NCBI GenBank assembly: GCA_963823335.1
Contig: CAWGLD010000001.1
Coordinates: 64,001 to 128,000, forward strand
Direction of reading: 5' to 3'
DNA from: an uncultured delta proteobacterium
GTDB lineage: Bacteria > Desulfobacterota > Desulfobacteria > Desulfobacterales > B30-G6
DNA length: 64,000 bases
Shown here: positions 52,900 to 62,044 of the stretch, one piece after another
How the letters are laid out: each line of letters opens with the position of its first letter
Numbering within the stretch: position 1 is the stretch's first letter
The notes under the pieces: model-generated
What the model saw: the letters and a program-made list of their open reading frames with translations, nothing else
What the model was told of the DNA's origin: nothing
Database searches by the model: none
Made by a program: the position numbers and the translations under genes

Positions 52900-53016
52900 C
52901 GCCGCTAAACAGATAACTGAAAGCACTCGGCCTTGAAGAACCTACAAGTACCCTGTCAGTATCGCGAGGAAGTGCCGGATTGTGGTCACAAACGGGTACC
53001 TAAAAATCATATGGGA

Positions 53017-53129
53017 TTGAAAACCCGTGATAGCTGGTACCTTTCCTATAGGTAGATGTTGTGGAGGCGAGCGAGCCCGTAGGGTGTAGCTCGCGGAGTC
53101 TCCACAACTCTATCGATAGGGGTTTTCAA
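53017..53129. repeat. 113-nt imperfect hairpin bounded by TTGAA/TTCAA
   Basis: ttgaaaaccc/gggttttcaa, gttgtggag/ctccacaac, gcgagc/gctcgc nested stems. Confidence 0.8.
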
Positions 53130-53131
53130 GC

Positions 53132-53301
53132 CTCCAACAAAAACAAGGTTATCAGATACCTAAAATTTCACCGGTGTGCGATTATAATCACAACAGGCTG
53201 AATCTTGCATTGATAAGAATTTCCGTGGTGCTTTGGTGATGCCCAGATGGTATCGCTGATATTTACATCAAACTTGATAACTGGACTTATCTCCATAAAT
53301 C
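53132..53301. repeat. 170-bp repeat R12
   Basis: 170 bp; all anchors. Confidence 0.95.
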
Positions 53302-53411
53302 TGTATGTTGAGCGAGTTTCCCCAAAAGTAACGCAATTATCATATTTCAAGGCCTATTTGACCAAGAATTAATGCTTAGCTATACCTTTAAATCAAAAAG
53401 GAGGTCGTAGG

Positions 53412-54527
53412 ATGAAATTTAGAATACTATTGAGTGCATTGTTGGTATCTCTGCTGTTGTTTAGCACCCATATTGCGAAAGTCCATGCCTGTACTGGTAT
53501 AAGATTGTCAGCGAAGGACGGATCGACAGTCTATGGAAGAACTATGGAATGGGGGACTTTTGACCTAAATTCCAGAGTTGCAATTTTTCCACGTGGATAT
53601 GAATTTACCGGTCTCACTCCTGATGGTCATAACGGTAAAAAGTGGAAATCGAAATACGGCATTGTCGGCCTTGATCTGCTGGGAAAAGACCTGCTCGCTG
53701 ATGGTATGAATGAAAAAGGGCTGGCAACGGGCCTTTTTTATCACCCCGGTTTTGCCAGCTATATGAAGTACGATAAGAGTCAGGCAAATAATTCGATCAC
53801 AGCCGTTGATATTGTCTCGTTTATTCTTTCTCAGTTTGCCACGATAGATGAGGTCAGAAGCGGTATGGAAAGTGTGAGGGTTGTTCCGGTTGTGGAAGAG
53901 GCAATAGGGATTCCAGTACAGGGGCATTGGATGGTGACAGAACCCTCTGGAAAGTCGATTGTCATTGAGTATCTGGACAACAAGCTGCGAATTTTCGACA
54001 ATCCGTTGGGCGTTATCACAAATTCTCCCAGCTACGATTGGCATATGACCAATCTGCGTAATTATATAAATCTCTCGGCAGTTGCACTTCCTACAAAAAA
54101 GATCAAAGATCTCGATTTTTCTCCTTTGGGAGGTGGAAGCGGTATGATCGGTCTTCCGGGTGATTTCACGCCCCCGTCCCGTTTTGTTCGTGCGGTAGCG
54201 TGGTCCCAGACTGCCCGACCACTGGAGAAATCGGACGAAGCGATGTATGAACTTTTCCGTATTCTTGACAACTTCAATGTACCCCTTGGGGCTGCTGAAG
54301 GCTCGGATAGTGAGCAGACAAATCTGAAAGGGATGCGAAGCTCAACAATCTGGACTACCGGATGGGATCTTACAAAGAGGGTGCTTTATTTCCATACTCA
54401 GCATAACCGTCGTGTGCGTCAAGTTACGCTAAATAAAATTGACTTTTCAGGAAAAGAAATTGCTCACATTCCACTCGACGATAAAAAAGATCAAGACATT
54501 AAAGACATTTCACTAAACGCAAAATAG
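53412..54527 (+). CDS. choloylglycine hydrolase / penicillin V acylase family (C59)
   Basis: signal peptide, CTG, GRTME, DGMNEKGL, TNSP, GLPGDFTPPSRFVRA. Confidence 0.93.
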   Translation: MKFRILLSALLVSLLLFSTHIAKVHACTGIRLSAKDGSTVYGRTMEWGTFDLNSRVAIFPRGYEFTGLTPDGHNGKKWKSKYGIVGLDLLGKDLLADGMNEKGLATGLFYHPGFASYMKYDKSQANNSITAVDIVSFILSQFATIDEVRSGMESVRVVPVVEEAIGIPVQGHWMVTEPSGKSIVIEYLDNKLRIFDNPLGVITNSPSYDWHMTNLRNYINLSAVALPTKKIKDLDFSPLGGGSGMIGLPGDFTPPSRFVRAVAWSQTARPLEKSDEAMYELFRILDNFNVPLGAAEGSDSEQTNLKGMRSSTIWTTGWDLTKRVLYFHTQHNRRVRQVTLNKIDFSGKEIAHIPLDDKKDQDIKDISLNAK

Positions 54528-54543
54528 AAAGTGGCTGACTTGT

Positions 54544-54646
54544 GATTTCTCCAACTCATCAACGGTGTAGAGGCCTTCTGAAAAGTGGTGATACCACATT
54601 GTCAATTCATGCCCTGACTCGGTTTTCAATTCTGTCAATTCAAGTA
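54544..54646. repeat. repeat family B, copy 2, preceded by the left tip of the 170-bp repeat
   Basis: gatttctccaac then tcatcaacggtgtagagg...gtcaattcaagta. Confidence 0.8.
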
Positions 54647-54745
54647 AGTATAGATCAGGACATATCATGATATGCATTTTTTTTGGAGCTTGCAGGTTTT
54701 TGACTGAATTTGGATCCACAATTATGGCGAGGTCCCCTTTTCAAT

Positions 54746-54916
54746 TAGAAGCCATCTCAAAAAAAGGGTTTTGGCTCAAGTTCAAGGCGGGCCCGAACTT
54801 CAACCCGCAGGTGCCCGCAGGAAATGCCCTTGGGGTGCATACTCAAGTATTCCGAGGAGTTGAAGCAAGGGACCAACACAGAAATTGGGCTAAAAAACTT
54901 TTTTGAGATAGCTTCT
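54746..54916. mobile_element. MITE-like element with terminal inverted repeats
   Basis: tagaagccatctcaaaaa / tttttgagatagcttcta; partial right end also at about 61565-61597. Confidence 0.75.
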
Positions 54917-54987
54917 AATAAGGGGCCGCTAAAGATAGAGGGAGGGGGGGGTAAGCAGTCTCGCTTAATTAGCACGTGCCAAAATAT

Positions 54988-55164
54988 TTACCTTTCACCA
55001 TCCTTGCTGCGTATGTCACCCAGCCACTGGTCAAAAATATTTTGGTATTCATCTAACTCGGTTTCACGTTTACACTTTGGGCAGGCTACAATTTTCTGAT
55101 CACCTTGCTTCTCTATCTTTGCAATTCTGCCACAGAAGATGCAGATGATATTTTCAGGTTCCAT
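54988..55164 (-). CDS. small zinc-ribbon protein
   Basis: CIFC...CPKC; start overlaps the IHF-alpha stop. Confidence 0.6.
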   Translation of the reverse strand: MEPENIICIFCGRIAKIEKQGDQKIVACPKCKRETELDEYQNIFDQWLGDIRSKDGER

Positions 55165-55438
55165 TGATTCGATCTCGAAGTTTACCACTGCATTTAAATG
55201 TCACTACCTTCCTTGCTGGCAGCATCAGAGCTTCACTCGTCGCAGGGTTCCTGCCTTTGCGTTCAGCTTTCTGCTTTACACAGAGTTTGCCGAAACCACT
55301 GATCAGGACATCTTCACCGGTGGCAAGGTTGTCTTTTATGGTGTGAATAATAGTCTCTACAATGTCAGTGCTCTGCTTCTTAGTGAATCCGCTTTCGGAT
55401 GATACTGAATCAATGAGATCAGATTTCGTTAGTGCCAT
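55154..55438 (-). CDS. ihfA: integration host factor alpha-like
   Basis: MALTKSDL...VLISGFGK...RKGRNPAT...RKVVTFKCSGKLR. Confidence 0.9.
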   Translation of the reverse strand: MALTKSDLIDSVSSESGFTKKQSTDIVETIIHTIKDNLATGEDVLISGFGKLCVKQKAERKGRNPATSEALMLPARKVVTFKCSGKLRDRINGT

Positions 55439-55527
55439 GCTTGCTCCTGTTTAGAGGTAGCGCCAGATTAAGAAAAGACAGCCATAACAGTTGCCCAATC
55501 AGGAAAAGTTCAAAAGATGAGAGGCGG

Positions 55528-55755
55528 TTACCTTTTGAACATGTTTCTTGAGACACTAAAAAGACCGATAACACCCGTTGCCAAAAGGATCATTATGGTT
55601 GGTTCAGTAGCTTGAGCGAAATTATCAATAACATTCGTTCCTGCAACTATTCCATCGGTACTTTCATCAAAACCTGCATTAATGATTCCTGAGTTAGATG
55701 CGATTCCAAATAATACTAAGAAAAAGCTAAAACACATTAATAGGTATTTTGTCAT
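55528..55755 (-). CDS. 75-aa protein with signal peptide and PEP-CTERM-like tail
   Basis: ATEPTIMILLATGVIGLFSVSRNMFKR. Confidence 0.6.
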   Translation of the reverse strand: MTKYLLMCFSFFLVLFGIASNSGIINAGFDESTDGIVAGTNVIDNFAQATEPTIMILLATGVIGLFSVSRNMFKR

Positions 55756-56551
55756 GCTAAATTCTCTTTAAGATAGGTGCGCTTTTAGTTTGTTCATGTT
55801 TTGTTTATGCAAAATTCATGCAAGAAATCGTCTTAATTATAATATCTAATATTTATAGTCGGTTATCCATGTGTTAAATCAAACAAATAACAAGAACTAT
55901 GAATTAGAAATCAGAGTCCTAAATGCTGATATGTAAAACAGGTAACATAAAGGAGGATAACAGGATAAAAACGATGTTCTTAAAGACCACCCAAGGGTGG
56001 GCGCCCGCTGAATGGCTAGTGAGTGAGCAAGGCAATGAAATTCTTTTGAAAGTAAAAATGGAGAGTATCGGCCTTACCATCGATGTGAAGTTAACAAAAA
56101 AATAGCAGGAGATATTGATCCGTGACAAAATATCTGACTGTATATCTGAAATAAAGTACACTTCCAAAAATCCACAGTTCTCCAGCACATCCAAGAAAAT
56201 TTGCGGCTTTTAACAATTGTGATACCATGACCATCGTGGATTCCATCATCCTTTGACATAACACGCATAACCTGATAACGGTAAAATTACATCTTACACC
56301 AGAGCCTCACCTGCCTTTAGCCAGACGGCAGGACCATTCTGATCCGGAGTCTTCTGTATAATTCTGACCAAACCAATACTCACAACTCAATAATCGATAA
56401 TAAGGCCGATATGAAATTCTATCTATTGATAGGATGTCTGAAGTTCCCATGATTTCCCTCATAAGGAGTTAGCGCTCCTTATGAGGGACTACAAATTTGG
56501 TCCCGATACTCGCCAGTTCAAAACCCAGAATCCAAAATAAGGAGGTTTTCG

Positions 56552-56851
56552 ATGGTAATAGTATTGAATGTATCGTTTCCAGCTGAAAGCGCAAAGAAGA
56601 TGGGAGAAAGCTTTATAAAAGCCCCACCTATACCAGATTATTTAACACGCAGGGGTCCTTACATTAGCTCTAACAACATGGATGGTATAAGAAGCTTGTC
56701 AATATTCGAAGTGGATTCTGATAAGCTTGCTGACGGATTATTAGCGGTAGGAGATTATGTTGCAGGCTTTTTTGACGTTCCTGGATTCGCATATGAGGCT
56801 AAAGTTAACAATGAAGTTCAGGAGGCTTTAAAAATGATCGGATTAGGTTAA
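56552..56851 (+). CDS. hypothetical protein
   Basis: AGGAGG RBS, 99 aa. Confidence 0.8.
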   Translation: MVIVLNVSFPAESAKKMGESFIKAPPIPDYLTRRGPYISSNNMDGIRSLSIFEVDSDKLADGLLAVGDYVAGFFDVPGFAYEAKVNNEVQEALKMIGLG

Positions 56852-57010
56852 GATATGGTTCGGGATTCATTGAATGACTCCCGGATCAACTATTCCTGAA
56901 TAGGATTTCGCTTGGCCCACCCTTTCCGTCCTATATATTCCCGGGAGCTAAGTTATTTCTTGTCTTTACAGGATCATCATCTGTAACCAACAACCGACAA
57001 GGAGGATGAA

Positions 57011-57436
57011 ATGCTTACAAAAGAATCTGCTGAACTACTAAAGGGAGCGGTAGGAGTAACAGATGAACAATTAGCCAAATTGAGTGGTGGGGAAGAAAAA
57101 CTTTGGAACAATGTTATGAAAATGATGCAAGTTCAAACGGTTGCAGAGGTGGTAAAATCTGAACGCTGTTTTGCCCAAGTCAAGGTAGGGGACAAACTTG
57201 TTTTCGATCCATTTCTTAACCCTGAAAAGTCTACAGGAGTAATGTGCCCGAAAGCCCTTTTACCAATTATGTCTCAAATCGGCGCAATTTGGGAAATGGC
57301 AGGAGAATGGGCAGAATCGGGGAAAGAGGAGCCTCCAGAAATAATTTGGCGTCATATTCGCTGTCTTGATCCAGGCCTTGAGGACGGAGGATTGGGAGGT
57401 GTCGTTTACAGTCTTCGCCTTGAACCAGTATCTTAA
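57011..57436 (+). CDS. hypothetical Cys-containing protein (TIGR04076-like)
   Basis: AGGAGG RBS; C...KVGD, MCP, RCLDPG. Confidence 0.7.
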   Translation: MLTKESAELLKGAVGVTDEQLAKLSGGEEKLWNNVMKMMQVQTVAEVVKSERCFAQVKVGDKLVFDPFLNPEKSTGVMCPKALLPIMSQIGAIWEMAGEWAESGKEEPPEIIWRHIRCLDPGLEDGGLGGVVYSLRLEPVS

Positions 57437-57462
57437 AACGAATATGAGAAATTGGCATTTTT

Positions 57463-57491
57463 AGCAGGGTCAGAAATGGCCCTGCTTTTTT
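57463..57491 (+). terminator. intrinsic terminator
   Basis: agcagggtca/tggccctgct stem with T-run. Confidence 0.7.
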
Positions 57492-57502
57492 CGTGATACC
57501 TC

Positions 57503-57640
57503 CATCAACGGTGTAGAGGACTTCTGAAAAGTTGTGATACTACATTGTAAATGCTTGTTCTAACTTGCTTTTCAAATTAGTCAATTGAAGAACCTCGCAG
57601 CAAGCTACGGGGAATGCGCTCGCTGCTGCGGTTCAAGTAT
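57503..57640. repeat. repeat family B, copy 3, interrupted by the miniature element
   Basis: catcaacggtgtagagg...gtcaa[element]gtat. Confidence 0.85.
57585..57636 (+). mobile_element. TTGAA/TTCAA miniature element, short form
   Basis: one mismatch to 24017-24068. Confidence 0.85.
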
Positions 57641-57863
57641 CGGCCAAAATAAATAATAATGACAACGAGTTGTCCTGATACTGCATCCGATGCAAGCATC
57701 AAGGGTGATACTTGCGGTCTTGCCAATTGAGCCAACACGATAGGCCCAACCGTAAAATATTCCTAATCCAACAAGACCAGCCGGTTAGATTAAACAGGCC
57801 TAAACTGCCATGGAACACGATAAAGAAATAATCGAACAACCGTATAGACTTTAGGTTGACACA

Positions 57864-58361
57864 TCATTTCTTCCATTTCGTTAATGCATCTTTCCCTTTG
57901 ATAGCTATTAACTCTTTTGTCAATGATCGTAATCGGTCAGCAAGAATCTCTGAAAATACCCGATACATGATATAACCGAATGCAACTTTATCATTTCCGG
58001 TAAGTTTATCGACATACTCAGTGTCGACTGCTATACATGCGACATCCCCATCTGCGTATGCAGAGGCCGATCGAGGTGAACTGTCTATAAACCTCATTTC
58101 TCCAAAAATATCACCCTTACGTTTTAGAATTGTCACCTCTTTATCTTTCTTAACGATTTTGACCTTGCCATAGACAAGAAAATATACCCAAGGATCAATG
58201 TTGTTTTCTTGTATAATAGCTTCTCCTGATTTGTACGCTCTCAGCTTGCTCATATTAAGCAGTGTTTGGAGATCGTTCTGGGTAAAAGGCCGAAAAATAG
58301 GCATCTTTTTTAGATCATCGATTATTTTCTCGTTCCCTAATAAATAGTCAGTTTCTTTCAT
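57864..58361 (-). CDS. cyclic nucleotide-binding domain protein
   Basis: GDIFGEM...PRSASA. Confidence 0.9.
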   Translation of the reverse strand: MKETDYLLGNEKIIDDLKKMPIFRPFTQNDLQTLLNMSKLRAYKSGEAIIQENNIDPWVYFLVYGKVKIVKKDKEVTILKRKGDIFGEMRFIDSSPRSASAYADGDVACIAVDTEYVDKLTGNDKVAFGYIMYRVFSEILADRLRSLTKELIAIKGKDALTKWKK

Positions 58362-59137
58362 TTTTATAATCTCCCACTTTATATGCATCTAACTTAGAAA
58401 TCTATCGGGGATTTTTAACATTGGAGAAAGGGTCTTATGGTTTGAAATTATAAATGAAATAAATTTAACAAACTTTTAGAAAATAAGCAAATATCGTTAT
58501 AAGAACAGGGAAATAAGACGATATCGGCCCTGGGCCCCATTGTATGGACAGCCTGAGCGTAGAGTTAAGCTCTGAGAACCCGCTAATTGAAGAGGAGGCA
58601 TCAGGCAGACTCCGCAAAAGGATGAGGAAGGTTGTATATAAACCTCATCCGGTGTCAGATTGTCAAGGGCCTGGTGAGAGCGTTCTTGGTTGTAATGGTT
58701 GAATCACTCGTTGGAATATAGATGCAGGGATAAAATGTCGATTACGGGTAGATAGACGGAAATACGGTCAGTTGGCGGGAATCGCAAGGTTGGAAATTAT
58801 CGGTATCTTGAGACACTTTTGGCGGGATAAGATGGCTGGATTTCGAGGATACTCTTTAAGATTCGGGTGTCTCTGACTTGAGACACGCCCCATAAGAATG
58901 AAATATATAAAATTTCACAGGTGTTATTGAGATCTATATTTGACGGTTATGGTCGGTTACAGGAAAATGACAACAGGCTCGCCCACCGCCACATTTCATG
59001 TCCTCTCCGCTATCATGACCAAGAGCCTTCTCATATTTTAAGCGCCGCTCCAAAATAAAAACGGCACGCCCGGTTTAGAACCTGTGGGTGCCGTATTAAA
59101 CATTGAAATATTGAACTGCAAAGAACGCAAAGATCTT

Positions 59138-59554
59138 CTATGCAGAATGCCAGTTTTGCACCTTAAGTCTTAAAAACTGATTAAAATCGTTCACATTCCG
59201 TGTTACCAGTATCAGGCCATTCACCGCAGATATTGCCGCAATCTGCCCATCAACAAATGACGGAGTTAATCCTTTCGACGACAGCCTAACATGTTCTTTT
59301 GCATGCCACTCCGCTGCCCTATCATCGTAGGGAAGAATAAGCATGGTCTGTCTGACGGTGTCGTTAAGAAATGAAGCAATGACTTCACGTTTGCGGGACC
59401 GCGGAAGGCGTCTGCAACCAAATTGAAGCTCATGCCAAACCGGAGCAGCCGTTACGATTTCGTTCTCCCATTTTTCAAACATCTTCATGACTGATTTATC
59501 AGGAACGGTTTTCAATGCCTCTGAAAGTACATTTGTATCAATGAGGTATTTCAT
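59138..59554 (-). CDS. vapC: VapC-family PIN toxin
   Basis: YLIDTNVLSE, DGQIAA, LVTRNVNDF. Confidence 0.92.
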   Translation of the reverse strand: MKYLIDTNVLSEALKTVPDKSVMKMFEKWENEIVTAAPVWHELQFGCRRLPRSRKREVIASFLNDTVRQTMLILPYDDRAAEWHAKEHVRLSSKGLTPSFVDGQIAAISAVNGLILVTRNVNDFNQFLRLKVQNWHSA

Positions 59555-59844
59555 CCCTCCAACCCCACTTCTCTCCCTGAAGACCGGTCTCGTAGCCCTT
59601 TGAAATCCCCGTCTGAGATTTCAATCCCTTCAGCCTCAACCTTGCGCCTGTATTGCGAAACAGCACTCCAAAACCCTGTATATTTGCGACTGAGTCGTTC
59701 ATATTCTTGGATCGACAGCAATACTGCAACCGGTTTTCCCCGTCTTGTCAGTTCAACAGATGGGCCATTTTCAACAGAATGGACGATAGTGGGAAGTCTG
59801 TTTTTTGCTTCGGCTATGGAAAATTGCTTTTGCATGATGACCAC
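59551..59844 (-). CDS. Phd/YefM-family antitoxin
   Basis: SIAEAKNRL...LTRRGKPVAVL; 4-bp overlap with the toxin. Confidence 0.92.
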   Translation of the reverse strand: MVIMQKQFSIAEAKNRLPTIVHSVENGPSVELTRRGKPVAVLLSIQEYERLSRKYTGFWSAVSQYRRKVEAEGIEISDGDFKGLRDRSSGREVGLEG

Positions 59845-59937
59845 CTCCTTAGCCCGAACATTTCATGAAACTTGACGAAGAATTCTTTAGCCGATCAGGT
59901 TCGTGAAATTTCTGGGTTAGCAAATCATATGTTTGCT

Positions 59938-59966
59938 ATTATAGCCATCTTTATAGCCATAATCAA
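59938..59966 (-). promoter_or_regulatory. toxin-antitoxin promoter with overlapping operator repeats
   Basis: TTGATT-17 bp-TATAAT on the minus strand; tatagccat repeated twice. Confidence 0.65.
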
Positions 59967-60048
59967 GTTATTCTTTATACAGCATGATGAATTTGGGGGT
60001 TTGGGGGTCGGGATAGAAATGCGGCAATCGGATGATACAAGATCGTGC

Positions 60049-60158
60049 CAGAGATCAGAGATCAGAGATCAGGGCTTTGAATAAGATCACAAATGAACCT
60101 CGAAGGCGCGAAGAACATTTCAGAGATCGGAAGTCAGAGATCAGAGGTCTGAGGTCGG
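60049..60158. repeat. CAGAGAT-like heptamer tandem repeats in two blocks
   Basis: (cagagat)x3 at 60049 and degenerate units at 60121-60158. Confidence 0.8.
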
Positions 60159-60241
60159 TAAGAAATAAGATTGAACCACGAAGTTAATCCGGTAAAAGTC
60201 AAATAGTTTTTTTAACTTGCTCTTTGAAAATTCGGTAAAAC

Positions 60242-60545
60242 CTACACTTGTGGGAACATATCTGCTATAATGTCGGCCAATGGAGCGGGGGCAGTGATCC
60301 CGGACATAGTGTCACTGACATTATGGGACCTTTCTCGCTCCAGTCTTTTTTTCCGCTGACGTTTGCTAACAGGGGCTGTTTGATCGTAACCCTGAAGACG
60401 ACGACTGGTACTATCTATAGGTTCATTGCCCTGCATTGGCACACTTCGCAATCTATTCGCCAAATCGATATGTGGGTTGAATGGCCGGTTGTGTTTAAGC
60501 ATACCGTAAAGGATCCGCACGATCTTGTGCATGCATGCACCCATA
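60242..60545 (-). pseudogene. C-terminal fragment of an IS110-family transposase
   Basis: MGACMHKIVRILYGMLKHNRPFNP. Confidence 0.65.
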
Positions 60546-61301
60546 AGCTCCGTCGTATCCAACTTGTTTGGCAATACCGGACGCAATCTAATGAATAAGC
60601 TAATCGATACGGATATTGAAATAACAATTGGACATGTCGAAGAATGTGCCGAGGGAAGTCTCAAACAAAAAGTTCCAGAGCTCTTTCGGTCCATTCAAGG
60701 TTTTTTTGAAACCCATCATCGTTTTCAGCTGAAAATGATGATGCAGACTATCAATCACCTTGAGAGTGAAATTGAAGCTATTACCAGACGCCTGGATGAT
60801 ATTATGCTTCCCCATCAGGAGATGATCGACCAACTAGATCAGGTTCCCGGTATTGATAAAAAAACAGCCCAATCGATCATCGGTCATATTGGTGATACAT
60901 TAACAGCCTTTAGATCAGAGAAAGCTTTAGCTTCATGGGGAGGGCTTTGTCCCGGCAACAATGAGAGTGCCGGGAAACGAAAAAGTGGAAGAAGTCCGGT
61001 GCGCAAACACCCTTTTAAGGAACTGATGATCGAAATTGCCTGGGCTGCTGTGAGGACAAAAGGCTCCTACTATAAAGACAAGTATCATCGTCTTAAATCC
61101 AGGCGGGGGGCCAAAAGAGCCATTGTCGCCATAGCCCATCGAATCACCAAAGCAGTTTATCATATCATTAAATATGGAAAATCGTTTGTCGATCTTGGCG
61201 AAGCGTATCTTATGTCAAAGAGCAAAGAAAAACGAATAAAAGCGCTAAAATCAAGAGCCAAGTATCTTGGCTTTAACCTGGTGCCGTTAGAGGCGAAGTG
61301 A
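60543..61301 (+). pseudogene. 5'-truncated IS110-family transposase
   Basis: VPGID, GLCPGNNESAGK, AIVAIAH; N-terminal RuvC-like domain absent. Confidence 0.88.
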
Positions 61302-61688
61302 AACCGTATTTTGAGGTCGATACATAAGTGAAGCCCGTGAGCGCGACATAAATATGATCGGTCAGCCAGGTGAACAACAAATTGTCGGCGAAGACCACGT
61401 AAATGAAACTACGAAGACACAAGGCTGACACTACGGTTTCATTATGGTTTATTTATTCACATTAGAAACTCCGCAAAGCCAATGATGCTGATTGGATCAA
61501 AAGAACCTCGACCTGGTACAAATGCGTTGCCAGTTGAGGCCTGTTTCTAATGAATATGTTCCGTTTGGGCTAAAAATCTTTTTTGAGATAGCTTCCAGAC
61601 GTTTACGGAACCATGTGCCCTATTGAAAGATATGGCACAGCCTTTACCCATACCGTACCCGGAAAAACCTCTATTAGATCTGAGAAAT

Positions 61689-61991
61689 ATGATGAAAAAC
61701 ATCATAATCACAGCAATTGTTATTTTTATAGTCGTCGAACTTATCGAACATATTATTTTCCCGATAGTTTGGTACATCTTGAAAGGGAGGAAAAAATCTA
61801 CGTATGGTGTGACCAGCATGATAGGGAAAGTTGTTGAGATTCGTACATGGCATAATACTAAAGGACAAGTATTAATCAACGGCGAGTTATGGAAAGCTGA
61901 ATGCGAGGCTTCCTTACCCGTTGGTGGCAAAGCGGTGGTTTATGATATTGATGGACTTACATTGAAGTTAAAGCCTTACGAAAATTCATAG
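61689..61991 (+). CDS. NfeD-like membrane protein
   Basis: G...MIGK, GQVLINGELWKA, GLTL. Confidence 0.85.
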   Translation: MMKNIIITAIVIFIVVELIEHIIFPIVWYILKGRKKSTYGVTSMIGKVVEIRTWHNTKGQVLINGELWKAECEASLPVGGKAVVYDIDGLTLKLKPYENS

Positions 61992-62044
61992 AGGAGATTT
62001 TACTGCCTTAATCCATAAATATTTATCATAATGGAAGGTGCTTC

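Noticed and set aside
53082-53110. gggtgtagctc resembling a tRNA 5' end
   Set aside because: No cloverleaf, T-loop or CCA follows; it is part of a hairpin.
32193-53301. 170-bp repeats as integron attC sites
   Set aside because: Only R2 and R10 have a GTTRRRY; the span exceeds known attC lengths; no full-length hairpin; no intI in the window.
32193-53301. 170-bp repeats as a CRISPR array
   Set aside because: Repeats far too long and divergent, intervals are kilobase genes, no cas genes.
35144-53350. short ORFs over the repeats (GDKSSYQ..., MEISPVIKF..., CDYFRTPV)
   Set aside because: Stops interrupt each frame in several copies, starts are inconsistent, and changes are largely non-synonymous.
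54513-54719. 68-aa ORF over repeat B2
   Set aside because: The equivalent frame has stop codons in copies B1 and B3.
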